NCBI GenBank assembly: GCA_026770705.1
Contig: JANJGN010000013.1
Span: forward strand, 57,474,001 to 57,538,000
DNA: 64,000 nucleotides
Direction of reading: 5' to 3'
DNA from: Isurus oxyrinchus
Taxonomy: Eukaryota
Shown here piece by piece: positions 38,996-51,773 of the stretch. The first letter of the stretch is position 1; each line of letters begins with the position of its first letter. The position numbers were made by a program, and so were the translations under genes. The notes beneath the pieces are model-generated. The model made no database searches and was not told where the DNA came from. It worked only from the letters and a program-made list of their open reading frames with translations.

Positions 38996-41900
38996 ATATT
39001 CAGATTATGATTAGATAGTTAAGAATGGAACCAGCAAATGCAGTCCCATCCAGCTGGATGATGGTGGAGAAGAATTGGAAGAAGACAATGTGGTCCACAT
39101 TGTCAAAGGCAGCAGGCAGTTGGAGCAAGACAAGAAGGGAGAATTTACTTTTGTCAACACATTTAAGATGTCATTTGTGACTTTGATAAGAACTGTTTTG
39201 GTACTGTGGCAGAGGCAGCAACCTGATTGGAGGGATTCAAAACTGGAGTTCCTGGAAAGATGGGCACATAGTTAAGAGGTGTCAACACAATCAAGGACTT
39301 TGGTAATGAAAGGGAGGTTGGAGATGAAGTAGTAGTTTGTGAGGCTGGTGGTATCAAGTTTTTTTAAGGAGAAGAGGCGATGATAGCAATTTTAAAGGAG
39401 AAAGGGCCTTACCTGAAGAGAGAGAGAGAACCATTAACAATATCAGCTAACACCGGCAGCAGGAAGGGAAGGTGGTTGTGGTCGGGTGGGGGGCGGTGGG
39501 GTCAGCAGTTTTATGGAAATAGGATCAAGGGAGCAGGATGAGAGTCTCATGGACATGATGAGTTCAGAAAAGGTATGAGGCGACATCAGGATGAAACTAG
39601 GGAAAGATGTCAGTTCAGAGCTAGGGCAGGTTACAGAGATAGGTAGCAACAAGGGCGCAGAGTTGCTTAAGCGTTAAGATTAGAATTTTAAAAATTGAGA
39701 CATTACAGGACAAGGGCTATCTACTCAATTATTGCTGCAATTATTAGCATGATTGCATGGAGGAGAATTTTAAACTGGAGTTGTTGATGCGTTGGGAGTC
39801 AATGTAGGTCAGAAAGTAAAAGGGTGAGCGGAACTGGGTGCAAGCTGAATAATGCGCAGCAGAATTTTGGATGAGCTGAAGTTTCTGGGGGATGGAAGAT
39901 GTGAGTCCGGCCAGAAAAGCATTGGAATAGTGAAATCTGGAGATCCCAAAATCAGGAGTGAGGGCCCAAAATCAGGAATAGGTGAGTTGAGGCAGGGATA
40001 GACACAGGCAATAATACGGAGGTCTGAATAGGTGAACTTTGTGATGGAGGCGATGTGGTGTCTAAAACTCAGCTCGTAGTTGGGAAATGCAAACTCGACC
40101 GCAAACACTTATCTGATGCAGGACCGTGTTATCGTTCATTTATTTTCGTAAATTTCATAATTTAATCTTCTGTAGACTTTTTAAAGAAGCCTCAAAGGTG
40201 GTCAGAAAGCATTCTACACATCACATTGCGGTTTTATAATTTGCAAGCAGAGGGTGTGATATAAAATAGTTCAGCAGTTGTGACCTTTAAGATCTTGCTA
40301 TTACTAAGTTCCATTTGATGGTACAAATATATCTAAGTCTTGTGCAGAGGTAGCTACAATAGTAGATCTGCTGCGCTGAGAGGTATTATCATTCTGCCAA
40401 AATTACTAAATTCTCAGCTTCGGGGGCTTGTGTAACAATATATTCCCACCATGGGCCAAAAGCAACCTATCTACCCATGTATTGCATAATTCATTTGACT
40501 CATGCGTTACTTGAAGTAATCACGCGCCCCCTTCAATTATCTCCCTTTTTCTTTATCTTTGTGTCTGATTCTCTTGCGCCCATCACTTTTCCTTGCCTTT
40601 TCCATCTCTTTAATCAGCGATCAGATTGAATTACCTAGTAGATAAAAAGTATCATAGAATTATCTTGATTGCCATTTATGGAATTAGGCTTCTGGAGAAT
40701 AGAAATAGTAAAGGCATTTAGATATGTTTGAACATTAAACGAGTGGCTTAGATGTGAATGTAAAAATACATTGATTTTGTTTTGTTTTATCAACATATTT
40801 TGTTTATCAACATATTGCGAGCAATTATTTATCAGTGGCGCTTGCAAAAATTGCCTTCAAAATGTTCCTGGCCAGTTCTGTGCGTGTGGATCCAGAATAA
40901 TCCAAGTTGTGTTATAATAGAATGCTAATATTTTATTGAGAGCCTTATAGCAACCGGTAATAAGATGACACTTTCATTTGTTGCACTGTCCGTGTATCTT
41001 CCTTGCAACATGTTTTAAACGCAAAATTGGTAGGGAATTTTCTCCGGTGTTCTTGTGCGGGAGACTGGCGCAATTCTTGGATAAAACGATTAAAAACGGC
41101 CTTTCACACAGATTCTCCTGGGTTTCCGCCGAAGTTATGGCAGCAGATCCGGAGCAGACCTGTCGAATTTCCGAGCTAACAGAGTTAAATTTCCATTTGG
41201 CGATCGCCGGGACGTGAGTTCTTGTTCATTCACATTAATGGGCGGAGATTCACATGGTGAGCAGCTCAGAATCGAAATTTCTGCCCAATGGAATTGTTTT
41301 TTCCCAAAAATCAGGGCACTCCTCTATTCATTATGGAGCAAAGGCTTAGCCGTCGTTTCTCTGTTTGAATTATCCATGTTAAAATACATTTTGAATGTAG
41401 AATGCATTCATACAGATCTGTATGGCCCCAGTTCATACATACACAAGTATGCACAAAGTATTTGAATCTTCTTCTTTCCACATGAAAAGTTAGTCATGAG
41501 CAGTGATCAGTATTGCTATTACTATGCAGACAGATCTGTAGGTGGTATGTGCCAGACTGCGTAGGCAATTTTGTTTCATTTCTCATCTGATAAGATATGT
41601 GGGTGCTTCACCTAGACGCGTGCGGCTCTGTTGTGCGCTGCAGTGTGCACACAAAGTAACGTGTGAAATCTATTGTCACGCTGTCCTTGTCTCAAGCGTG
41701 CCAACAATGTGTAACAATAGTTACAGCGTGAGAAAGCAGAATTAACTAGAAAAAAACGGGCTAAATATTAGAAAGCCGATGGAGAGGAGTAGTATTTGCG
41801 TAGTGAAGTATTGCAATGTCGGAGGCTTTGGGACTGCAGCAGTTCAACGTCGGAGTTGGTGCCCCATCATAAACTGCTATTGCTTCACTTTGCCAAGTAA

Positions 41901-42112
41901 GCATCTGCGGTTTTCGGGCTCTGCATTTGGGTTTGGGTAGCTAAAACTATACTGTATAATGTTGCTGAATGCTTTGTTGTGAATGGTGACTCGGTGGTTG
42001 CAGTCAGGGTGCGTATGTATGGGGAGGGGGTTCTTTTGCTAACAGATGAAATCGGGCGAAATGGTTGCAGTATATTAACAACCTGTTTGAAAATCGGGTT
42101 TTGGACCTAATT

Positions 42113-42316
42113 AATAAAAACAAAAAACCGCGGATGCTGGAAATCCAAAACAAAAACAGAATTACCTGGAAAATCTCAGCAGGTCTGGCAGCATCGGCGG
42201 AAAAGAAAAGAGTTGACGTTTCGAGTCCTCATGACCCGAGGACTCGAAACGTCAACTCTTTTCTTTTCCGCCGATGCTGCCAGACCTGCTGAGTTTTTCC
42301 AGGTAATTCTGTTTTT
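42113..42316. mobile_element. Palindromic Penelope-terminus mini-element
   Basis: Inverted terminal copies. 15-bp TSD gttttggacctaatt at 42098-42112 and 42317-42331. Confidence 0.88.
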
Positions 42317-43161
42317 GTTTTGGACCTAATTGTTGACTACCATAACTTGAATTTTGCTGGAGGTGTTATAATAGACATCAGCTGGTTTTGCACTTAAGTG
42401 CTGAGTAGAGATAATTTTTGTGAAGCATGTGCGTGGACTCCTTCCAGACATTTCCACTGAAGGCGCGGAGTGTTTTGATTAGCAGACAGCCATGTCCCAG
42501 TGGCTCGGGGGCTGAGGGAGAGAGTGCACAGGTTCTACAACAGAGTGTTAGAGATTCTAGTGATGCAGGTCCAGAGGAGGACGAATGGACGAATGCCCTC
42601 TAGCTCCAGGCAAACGTGCCATCTAGCCCTGCCATTTCCCATGTACCAATTTCTTGCAGCAGCTGGTGCTGTTCTCCCTTTCCTCCTCCAGACCAAAGGG
42701 CATCCTTGGAAGTTGCCGTGGCCAGGCACTCTGTCTCCTGGTGACTCCGATAAGGTGAAGTAACAAAGCACTTACAGTTCTTAAGTTGAAATCTTTAGAG
42801 AATTTAAGGAACAAATGCTGGTTAAGTGTTGATGAAGTCTTGACAAAGTGTCCCAGAAAGTCTGCTGATTTATTTCAGAGGTTCTCTTCACAGGACCAGC
42901 AGTGATGATCACGAAATGGTGATGACCCCTTTCAGTGGCTCTTGAAATGGATATTCTCAAATGTTTATTCACTCTCATGGCTACTCTCAAACAGACTCTT
43001 AAGAAAGGTAAGTTGAAGGGCTGTCCCATAAAATGCCATGCAGCTCTTTAATAAGTACTAACAGGTATTTAAAGTGGCAGTAAACTGCATCACCAGCTTC
43101 AAAGCCAAAATTCTAATCATTGGCTTCAACTCCTTTAGCAAGATAACATCTTGTGTTAAAC

Positions 43162-45484
43162 AAAAACAAAAATACCTGGAAAAACTCGGCAGGTCTGGCA
43201 GCATCTGCAGAGGGGAACATAGTTAACGTTTCGAGTCTGTCTGACTCTTCAACAGAACTAAGTAAAAATACAAGGGAGGTGAAATATAAGCTGGTTTAAG
43301 GGGGTGGGGGATGATGGGACAGGTAGAGCTGGATAGAGGACCAGTGATAGGTGGATATAACCAAAAGATGTCACAGACAAAAGGACAAAGAGGTGTTGAA
43401 GGTGATGATATTATCTAAGGAATGTGCTAATTAAGGGCAGAAAGCGGGACAAGCAAGATACAGAGAGCCCTAGTGGGGGTGGGGTGGGGTGAAGGATTCA
43501 AAATAGGCTAAAAGGCAGAGATAAAACAATGGATAGAAATACATTTAAAAATAATGGAAATAGGTGGGAAAAGAAAAATCTATATAAATTATTGGAAAAA
43601 AAGAAAAAAAGGGGGGGATTGGAAAGGGGGTGTGGATGGAGGAGGGAGTTCATGATCTAAAATTGTTGAACCCAATATTCATTATGGAAGGCTGTAAAGT
43701 GCCTAGTCGGAATATGAGGTGCTGTGCCTCCAGTTTGCATTGAGCTTCACTGGAACAATGCAGCAGGCCAAGAACGGACATGTGGGCATGAGAGCAGGGT
43801 GGAGTGCTGAAATTTCAAGCAACAGGGAGGTCTGGGTAATGCTTGCAGACAGACCGAAGGTGTTCTGTAAAGCTGTCATCCAGTCTGCGTTTGGTCTCTC
43901 CAATATAGAGGAAACCGTATTGGGAGCAATGAATGCAGTAGACTAAATTGAGGGAAGTGCAAGTGAAATGCTGCTTCACTTGAAAGGAGTGTTTGGGCCC
44001 TTGGACGGTGAGGAGAGGGGAAGTAAAGGGGCAGGTGTTGCACCTTCTGCGGTTGCATGGTAAGGTGCCATGGGAGGCGGTTGAGGTGTAGGGGTTGATG
44101 GAGGAGTGGACCAGGGTGTCCTAAAGGGAATGATCCCTGCAGTATGCCACCAGTGGGGGGTGAAGGGAAGATGTGTTTGGTGGTGGCATCATGCTGGAGT
44201 TGGTGGAAATGCCGGACGATGATTCTTTGATGGCGGATGTTGCTGGGTTGTTAAGTGAGGACAAGGGGGACCCTCTCATGTTTCTGGGAGGGAGAGGAAG
44301 GTGTGAGGGCGGATGCGTGGGAGATGGGCCGGACACGGTTGAGGGCCTTCACAAACACATGGGTGGAAAACCTTGGTTAAGGAAGGAGGAAGACATGTCA
44401 GAGGAACTGTTTTTGAAACTGGCATCATCAGAACAGATGTGATAGAGGTGAAGGAACTGAGAGAATGGGATGGAGGCCTTACAGGAAGCGAGATGTGAGG
44501 AGCTGTAGATGAGGTAGGCTTGTAATGGATATTGGTGTACAGTCTATCACCAGAAATTGAGACAGAGAAGTCAAGGAAGGGAAGGGAAGTGTCAGAGATG
44601 GACCATGTGAAAATGATGGAGGGGTGGAAATTGGAAGCAAAATTAATAAATTTTTCCAGGTCCAGATGAGAGCATGAAGCAGCACCGAAGTAATCATCGA
44701 TGTACCGGAGAAAGAGTTGTGGGAGGGGGCCGGAGTAGGACTGGAACAAGGAATGTTCCGTAAACAGACAGGCATAGCTGGGGTCCATGCGGGTACTCAT
44801 AGCCACACCTTTTATTTGGAGGAAGTGAGAGCAGTTTAAGGAGAAATTGTTCAGTGTGAGAACAAGTTCAGTCAGACAGAGGAGAGTAGTGGTGGATGGG
44901 GATTGTTCAGGCCTCTGTTCGAGGAAGAAGCGGAAAGCCATCAGACCATCCTGTGGGGGGTTGGAGGTGTAGAGGGATTGGACGTCCATGGTGAAGAGGA
45001 GGCAGTTGGGGCCAGGGAACTGAAAATTGTTGATATGATGTAGCATGTCAGAGGAATCACGGAAGTAGGTGGGAAGGGACTGGACAAGGGGAGAGAGAAT
45101 GGAGTCAAGATAGCAAGAAATGAGTTCTGTGGGGCAGGAACAGGCTTGTCTTGCTTTCTACTCTTAATTAGCACATTCCTTAGATAATATCATCACCTTC
45201 AACACCTCTTTGTCCTTTTGTCTGTGACATCTTTTGGTTATCTCCACCTATCACAGGCCTCTATCCAGCTCTACCTGTCCCACCCTCTCCACCCCCCCCC
45301 CCCCCCACCCCTTAAACCATCTTATATTTCACCTCTCTTGTATTTTTACTTAGTTCTGTTGAAGAGTCATATGGACTTGAAACGTTAACTGTGTTCCTCT
45401 TCACAGATGCTGCCCGACCTGCTGAGTTTTTCCAGGTATTTTTGTTTTTGTTTTGGATTTCCAGCATCCACAGTTTTTTGCTTT
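43162..45484 (-). mobile_element. Penelope-like element with an inverted upstream pseudo-LTR segment (~45146-45484)
   Basis: ORF 44276..45046 (TMDVQSLYT..QIKGVAM..RYIDD) and a downstream GIY-YIG region. 18-bp TSD taacatcttgt(g/a)ttaaac at 43144-43161 and 45485-45502. Confidence 0.93.
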
Positions 45485-45856
45485 TAACATCTTGTATTAA
45501 ACGTGTTCCAGATTAAGAGGCCATCTTGATGATCTCATTACTTCTTTAACACCTAAAGTGTTTAACGAAAAGATATCCTCACAGGGAATGCACCACAATT
45601 GGGGAGTAATTCCCTGATGGTGTGCTTTTTACCGTGCCTCTGCTTTTTCTATATATTAATTTAAACTGTCAGAAAATCAGTCATAATATTGTGTCGAGCT
45701 CCAGGCAGGAGTGTGGGACTGTGGAGTCAGCTCTTTGCATCCTCATTCCCTGAATTTAAGGTGGTGGCTAATTTACATTGCTCAGTTTGATCATTAATGT
45801 GAGTGAAATTCTTTATTTGAAACCATTAAACTGTTTTGAAAGTATTAATAAACCAT

Positions 45857-47750
45857 TGGGCTGATTTCTGCTGTCAATGTTGAAGCATTGACACTTGTCA
45901 CTGAAGTGGAAGAAAGCTGCCTACAAAGAATGACCAATTTCTGTGGTTTTGATTTCCCCTTTCCTGGCATCGGTTTGAATCTGCACCAAATTAAGGAGGT
46001 CTCAGGTTTCCAGAAACAGTGATGTCATCACGCAGCTAATCAGATTCAAGTATTCTCACAGACAACAAACCAGAAATTAAAAACTGTGGAAATTCCCTCA
46101 CTTCTAATTTTAAATTTTACAGGTAGCAAAATAAATGACTGGGAAATACACATGAGACAATGGTAAAGTCTAAAATATTATGTACAATCTTTGAAAAATG
46201 TTGGGCTGAATCTTCTGAGGAATGGCAGTCACTGTCGGATTGCCATTCCACTCATATATTTACTTGCCCTGCCCCAGACATCGACATTTCTCACCCAGAT
46301 TTCCAAACTGGGCCTCCTCAGAAATGTATAGCGTAGAGTCTTCCTTCATAGTGAGGGATGTTTGGGGAAAACCAAGCCATACCCTGTTTTTAAAGCACTA
46401 GCTGCCATATTCCAGTAAGTTTAAATGTCCCGAAGCCACTTTAGAAGTTACAGAGAGAAGATAAGTAGCTGAGGAGGTCGGGTGGGTTGGGGGGAAGACA
46501 GGCATTGTGAGCATTGAGGCTAGTCAGGGAGATTGGGGGATTGTAGGATCAAGGGAGTAGCCAGGGGTTGTTGGTGGAGGTTGTTGGGTGGTTGGGGTGT
46601 AGTCAGGTCAGGAGGGGTAGGCAGGGGATCAGGTGGTAGTGGGGACGTCGGGGATAGTCACATCAGGGGATACTTGGGTGGGGTTGGTCATGTTGGGGGC
46701 TAGTCAGGGGGTTGTGGGGCTTGTTGAGGGAATTGGGTCAAGTGGGGGTGGTTGGGGGTAGTCGGGGGTCGCCAGGTTGAGGGTAGTCATGAGGTTGCGT
46801 GGCTAGCTGGGGGGGGGGGGGGAGCGGCGGTCAGGATGAATTGGGGGTCAGAGGGTAGCCAGGAGGTAGTTGCAGGGTCAGGGGTAGTCGGGTTGGGGGC
46901 TAGTCATGGGGGTTAGGGGGATAGTTGGGGGTTCCAGTGGGGAGTCAGTAATGGAGTTACCAAAGAGTTAGAACTGGGTTTAACCTTTCTAATCTTTCCT
47001 GGGTAACTGTTCTGGTGAGTGAGCCAGAACAATCCAAAGTCTCTGACTTTAACTTGAGTTTTGGAGGGTTCCAAACACAGGGGAATTGCCCATTGCAAGT
47101 CCAGACTTCCCAGGTAATTCCCATATTGTCAGCATACGGGGACTCCTGAGCGGTTCCCCAGCACATCTTGTGGGCTACCTGCAGGGTACGACCATCCAGA
47201 GATCAGAAGTTCTGGGCTATAATTTTTAAAGTATGTGAAATTTCATGTCATAATGGAGAAGTTTGACATTTAACATGTATAAAATTACTCTTTTGGGCTC
47301 AGTGAGGCTTTTTAGCAGTCATTATCAACAGAATTGTGCATACCTACACCACATGGACTGCAGCGGTTCAAGAAGGCAGCTCACCACCACATTCTCAAGG
47401 GCAATTAGGGACGGGCAATAAATGCTGGCCCAGCCAGAGATGCCCACATCCCATGAACGAATTAAAAAAGTGCTGTTAAAAACCTAGTTATACCTCATTC
47501 AACAAGGGTTTCAAGGATTCTACAGCGAGACAGAGCATTACAATGCATGCTCCCATTGGTTCAATATATTGGAATTGATTGAATTCGGGGAAACTCAACA
47601 GTTTACCGCCTGGAGAAGCAGAGAGTCACTGATAGCAACCTCCGGTATAACTGCGCATGTGTGGATTCTAAAAGTTTCTGTTATTTTCAGAATAACGGTG
47701 ATGATAAACGCTGCCAAGTTTACCATCATTACTATGCAAAAATCCAGGCC
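45857..47750. mobile_element. Probable nested non-autonomous DNA elements with a G-rich interior (46470-46945)
   Basis: gggctgattt / aaatccaggcc-like termini and an inner gggctgaatctt / aagttctgggct pair. No coding capacity. Confidence 0.4.
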
Positions 47751-48386
47751 GTTTGTCTTCTGTACACAAGTATGTCAGATGACGAAATGTCTCCAATCTG
47801 CAGCAAGCCATAATCTTACTCCTCACTCAACTTTCGACTCAGCCTCCCACGTTTTCCAACTGATTGATCAACTGAACACATCTGCAGTATTTCGTTTCGT
47901 CAGAAACAGTAAAGGACTGCAAGTTGCAGTTAATGCAAGCAGGGTGTGAGAAACTGAACTTCCTTCTCTTTAAACTGCAGTTGGGAGTAAATCATTTGCT
48001 CTTCATTTCCACCTTCTGAATTGGGATCCGCTTTGCAGATGTTCACAGTTGAATAGTCCGCCTGTAAATGTAGTGCAACTCATTAGTTGTATATATTTTG
48101 ATATGTAGAGAATTTAGCAAGCAGCTATTTACTGTTTAAACACATTAGTCTGCACAAGTTGCAACAAATTCGCCACGGCTTTGACTTCAATCTGACCGCA
48201 ATGTAGAGATAAGTACATTCACACGATGGTAATTCACTTTTGAAACATGTCTATCAGTAACTCACTAAACAAGTACTTCATTATCTTTAATTGCCGCATC
48301 ATGGTTGTTGTATTAATTTATGATCTCCATTGCAGGCTGTGCAACTAGATGCCTGGGAGGATTCTCTACTAATTCGAAATCTACGT

Positions 48387-48542
48387 TCACAGTTTAAGAC
48401 AACGTGCCTTAGCTGTTGACGTATTAGGCGCCGTCTTTTCTACCAATGGATTAGAATAAACGATCGCTAAATTCGGCGGAGTTTCTTTCATTCTGGCACA
48501 ATACACGGTCGCATATATTGTTTTAGCCAATATTGAAGTGTC
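48387..48542 (-). CDS. Coding exon 4: cytoplasmic tail with ITSM (TIYATV) and ITIM-like IVYSNPL, then stop
   Basis: Acceptor ctgctggctctttgcag|, phase 0. Translation DTSILAKTIYATVYCARMKETPPNLAIVYSNPLVEKTAPNTSTAKARCLKL* (part of ORF 48387..48596). The four exons total 741 nt, i.e. 246 aa plus stop. Confidence 0.8.
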   Translation of the reverse strand, partial: DTSILAKTIYATVYCARMKETPPNLAIVYSNPLVEKTAPNTSTAKARCLKL

Positions 48543-49155
48543 CTGCAAAGAGCCAGCAGTGTTAATAAACGCATTAACTATTAGTGCTTTACACATTTAC
48601 TGGCGATCATAAGCAGTGTCTCCGAAGATAATACAATGTTAATTTTGTAATATTTTGCACAATTAAATGACAAAAAGCAATTCTAATTAAAATATTGTGA
48701 AATTAACTTCAGTACATGGCTAACAATTGAGAAACAAACTGTACACTTGAGGCCTCAATTCTCGCGCTTTTTTTTCGCTGACTCGCCCCTTATTTTTCTC
48801 ATTTTATTTCCCCTTTCTCGTTTCCATACCATAGAGTCAAAGCTCCTGTGAGGCTTCCTGTCTTGCATCCTCTCAGGTGCCAATGCTCCATCCCCAAGCT
48901 CAGGTTCCATTCTCACCCCCCGCCCAGTCCAGGCGAACCCGAGACAGACCCCTGTTTGCGCCGTTTATCAGGGGTTTGCATCGGAAGTTACGGCTGGGGA
49001 TTGGGATAAACTCTGCAAAAATTACCCCCGCAAAACTCAACTCCTTCCACTTTCACCACCCCTTTTTTAAAGCCAAATATTTTCCTAACGACGGTGGCCA
49101 TCTGATCGCGCCAATTCCCTACTCGGCGAGTTAAGATAAATTACTCCCCATCATG

Positions 49156-49265
49156 GGGCGCAATTTTCCACCCCGCCACGGCGGAGCTGGCGAATCATGA
49201 AATCTCCGTTCACATCGGCGGACCGGAAGATCCCGCCGGCGTCAGGGGTTGGAAAATTCCGGCCC
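49156..49265. mobile_element. 110-bp Harbinger-type MITE in intron 3
   Basis: TIRs gggcgcaattttccacccc / ggggttggaaaattccggccc and a 3-bp TSD atg. Confidence 0.7.
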
Positions 49266-49739
49266 ATGAAACATGTGAAACATCCATTGTCCTTGAAGCG
49301 CTGTATGAAATTCTGACCCTTCCAAAGGCGCGATTGAAACGAAAGCGACTTACTTTCTTGTCGAGATCGTCTAATCCTATTTACTGTTTTACCTCCTCTT
49401 GCAATTTGTTTTTCTCATTCTTAGGTATTGTTTTGCATCAAGGTCCTTGATCCTGCGTGAAGTTTCTCAGTGAGAAATCTTAAACCAAAAAATTTGGGGA
49501 CTTAACCCGGGACTCAATTCAGCATTAACGAAACAGGTCACGTTTCAAAGCAAAATAAAAACAGGGTTGAAAATCACCGAAGAATGGGACAAAAGATCAG
49601 TGATTACTGCCGAATCTGAACAAAAACATTCTCATGCACAGGGTGTATTTTGCTTGTACGTCACACTAAAACCCAAGTTGCACAAAATGCAGGGCATGAT
49701 ACTATTGCGTTAAACATAACCTTATTCCAGGTACAGTAC

Positions 49740-49789
49740 CTCTGGGACGGTCCCGGTAGACAGAGCGCTGTGTTCAACTAATTGCTTCT
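49740..49789 (-). CDS. Coding exon 3: membrane-proximal cytoplasmic segment
   Basis: Strong acceptor ttttttttcttcctcaatccag|, 50 nt, phase 1 in and 0 out, donor GAG|GTACTG. Translation (Q)KQLVEHSALSTGTVPE bridges the frames of exons 2 and 4 exactly. Confidence 0.75.
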
Positions 49790-50316
49790 CTGGATTGAGG
49801 AAGAAAAAAACAACCGAAAATGATTACATGTGAAACTTTCGTGCCACGCCGAATCGATGCTCGAATTTTTTTTTTAATTCAGGGAAAAGAAACATAGCTC
49901 AATGTATTATATTGGCCTGCAATATGAGAATGGGCCTATCTTACTATTATTGCTGATAAAGCATTTTATAAACCGGAAGCGCAGGAGTATGTTTATCTAA
50001 AATGGGAGACACCACATGGAGCAAAACTACTTTGGGACATGAATCACAGGTCAATTTTACAGAATTGTAAATGCTGCTCTGCTATCCAATAATGAGTTGA
50101 AGACTGTAATTTATGGAAGGGCAGTTTTACAGGATGAGACTAGATTTGTCTTACAGCTGTATGAGAATCAATTAGATTTCCAAGAAATTAAGAAGCAATA
50201 TTTTCAAAAAACCGTTTATAAGAAAGCGATTGAATGCAGTTTTCAGGTTTTTATGCTACCGGTATAAGTCTATTTGGACTACAGCCTATAATATACACGC
50301 ATATGGTCAGGCAGCT

Positions 50317-50538
50317 CAAAAACAAAAACAAAAATACCTGGAAAAACTCAGCAAGTCTGGCAACATCGGTGGAGAGGAGCACAGTTGACGTTTCGAGTCC
50401 GCATTGTTGAAGGGTCATGAGGACTCGAAACGTCAACTGTGTTCCTCTCCACCGATGCTGCCAGACCTGCTGAGTTTTTCCAGGTAATTTTGTTTTTGTT
50501 TTTGTTTTGGATTTACAGCATCCGCAGTTCTTTGCTTT
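50317..50538. mobile_element. Palindromic Penelope-terminus mini-element in intron 2
   Basis: Inverted terminal copies. 15-bp TSD tatggtcaggcagct. Confidence 0.88.
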
Positions 50539-51773
50539 TATGGTCAGGCAGCTTATCTACAAGATAGATAACACCATACAAAGGACAATTATAGCAGCGT
50601 TGAATCAGATTCTGCAATGGTTTCACACTGAAACACCTAACTCAGTCTTGCTGTACGGAACGCTGCAATATTATGTATATCTTGAGCATAAGGTGAATTG
50701 AAAATTCTTACAATTGGGAACCATTGGGACAGATGGCCTAGGGACATGGTTTGGAATTCAATGTAAATAAATATAATGTATATTGGAACAAAAACAAGAA
50801 ATGTGTAGACCACTGATCAGCCTAATTGTATAAGAACTGTGAAAGTCGTGGAGCCAGGTAAGCGCAGCGTGCGGGATATAAGTGGCTCCCTTTATGGGGG
50901 CAAAAACAGTCGACTTCTAGGGAGTGACCAGGCCTGGTTTTAATACATGTATTGAAATAACACAATTGTAAACGCGGTAAATGGGGAAATGTGTCACAAA
51001 AGGACATCCCTGTACAATCATTGAAAAGAAAAGTGCTTGAGCGTGATTATTTCCCAGTTATTAACAGGGTGAAGGCAGTACTAGGTTATATCTAGAGATG
51101 TTTTATAATTCGGAAAAACAAAGTGTTCTAACCTTGTGCACATTGCTGCACAGGGTCAGTGCATTACACCTTTATACATTGGACTCAGAGTTGAGACCAC
51201 TTGGTTGATAATATCCAGTCCAACGGTGCTAGGTTAGGGACAGCTCAAGATATCTTCATTTAGGAAAGGAAGTGAGGTAAAAATCTAGCTCTTAAAAAGC
51301 CAAGAGACAGGCATAATGTAAATGTAAGCGACTGTGAGTCGAGAATTAGAAGCCACGGTACAAGAGATACCACAGAGCAGCCGAACAGACTCCCCAAAAA
51401 TCGGTAACTTAATAAAGGACTAATCTGGGTTTAGGATAGGGGTGACGGTTACAGGAAAACTCGAGTAAGGATATAGGTAACTGTTATCCTGTGATACCCG
51501 GCAGCTGTTGTGCTTTTGTAAACAAGAAAATGTCATGATTGCTGAAATCATGGATATGACAATGGATTGATCATTGAATCCGGGGTATTTTGCTTTTAGG
51601 TGGGAGTCCAGTGAAAATTTGGAAAATAAAATTATCTCAGGATTTGTAGAAAAGGTGAACTTCATTTGCCAGGTCGATTTTTTTCTTACTGATAAATGTG
51701 GTAAAAACTGTACAACAATTACAAACTTTGATAAATTCCAGTTACCATATTTAAGCACATATATAACATCATA

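Larger units (their letters stand above)
31200..39650 (-). mobile_element. L2 LINE fragmented by nested insertions (pieces ~39010-39650, 35910-36080, 32030-32295, 31200-31660)
   Basis: Collinear L2 ORF2 motifs SCSLDPI, PQGSILG, FHMYVDNNQL and LPVKQWLDFKILILVFKCLHG. Another L2 piece lies at ~39720-40110. Confidence 0.7.

Noticed and set aside
40340-40440. Minus-strand IVTQAPE and IYYC fragments as a second V exon
   Set aside because: The motifs are only ~25 codons apart, separated by stops, and there is no Cys/Trp core.
49393-49458. Minus-strand segment RIKDLDAKQYLRMRKTNCKRR containing a CD28-like YxxM motif
   Set aside because: It is open only with a phase-2 acceptor. The upstream exons end in phase 1 or 0, which give immediate stops, and the acceptor is weak.
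49425-49760. Plus-strand acceptor followed by GIVLHQGP and a YYC about 280 nt later, suggesting a V pseudogene
   Set aside because: No first Cys or Trp, multiple stops, and it overlaps the real gene in antisense. Consistent with chance.
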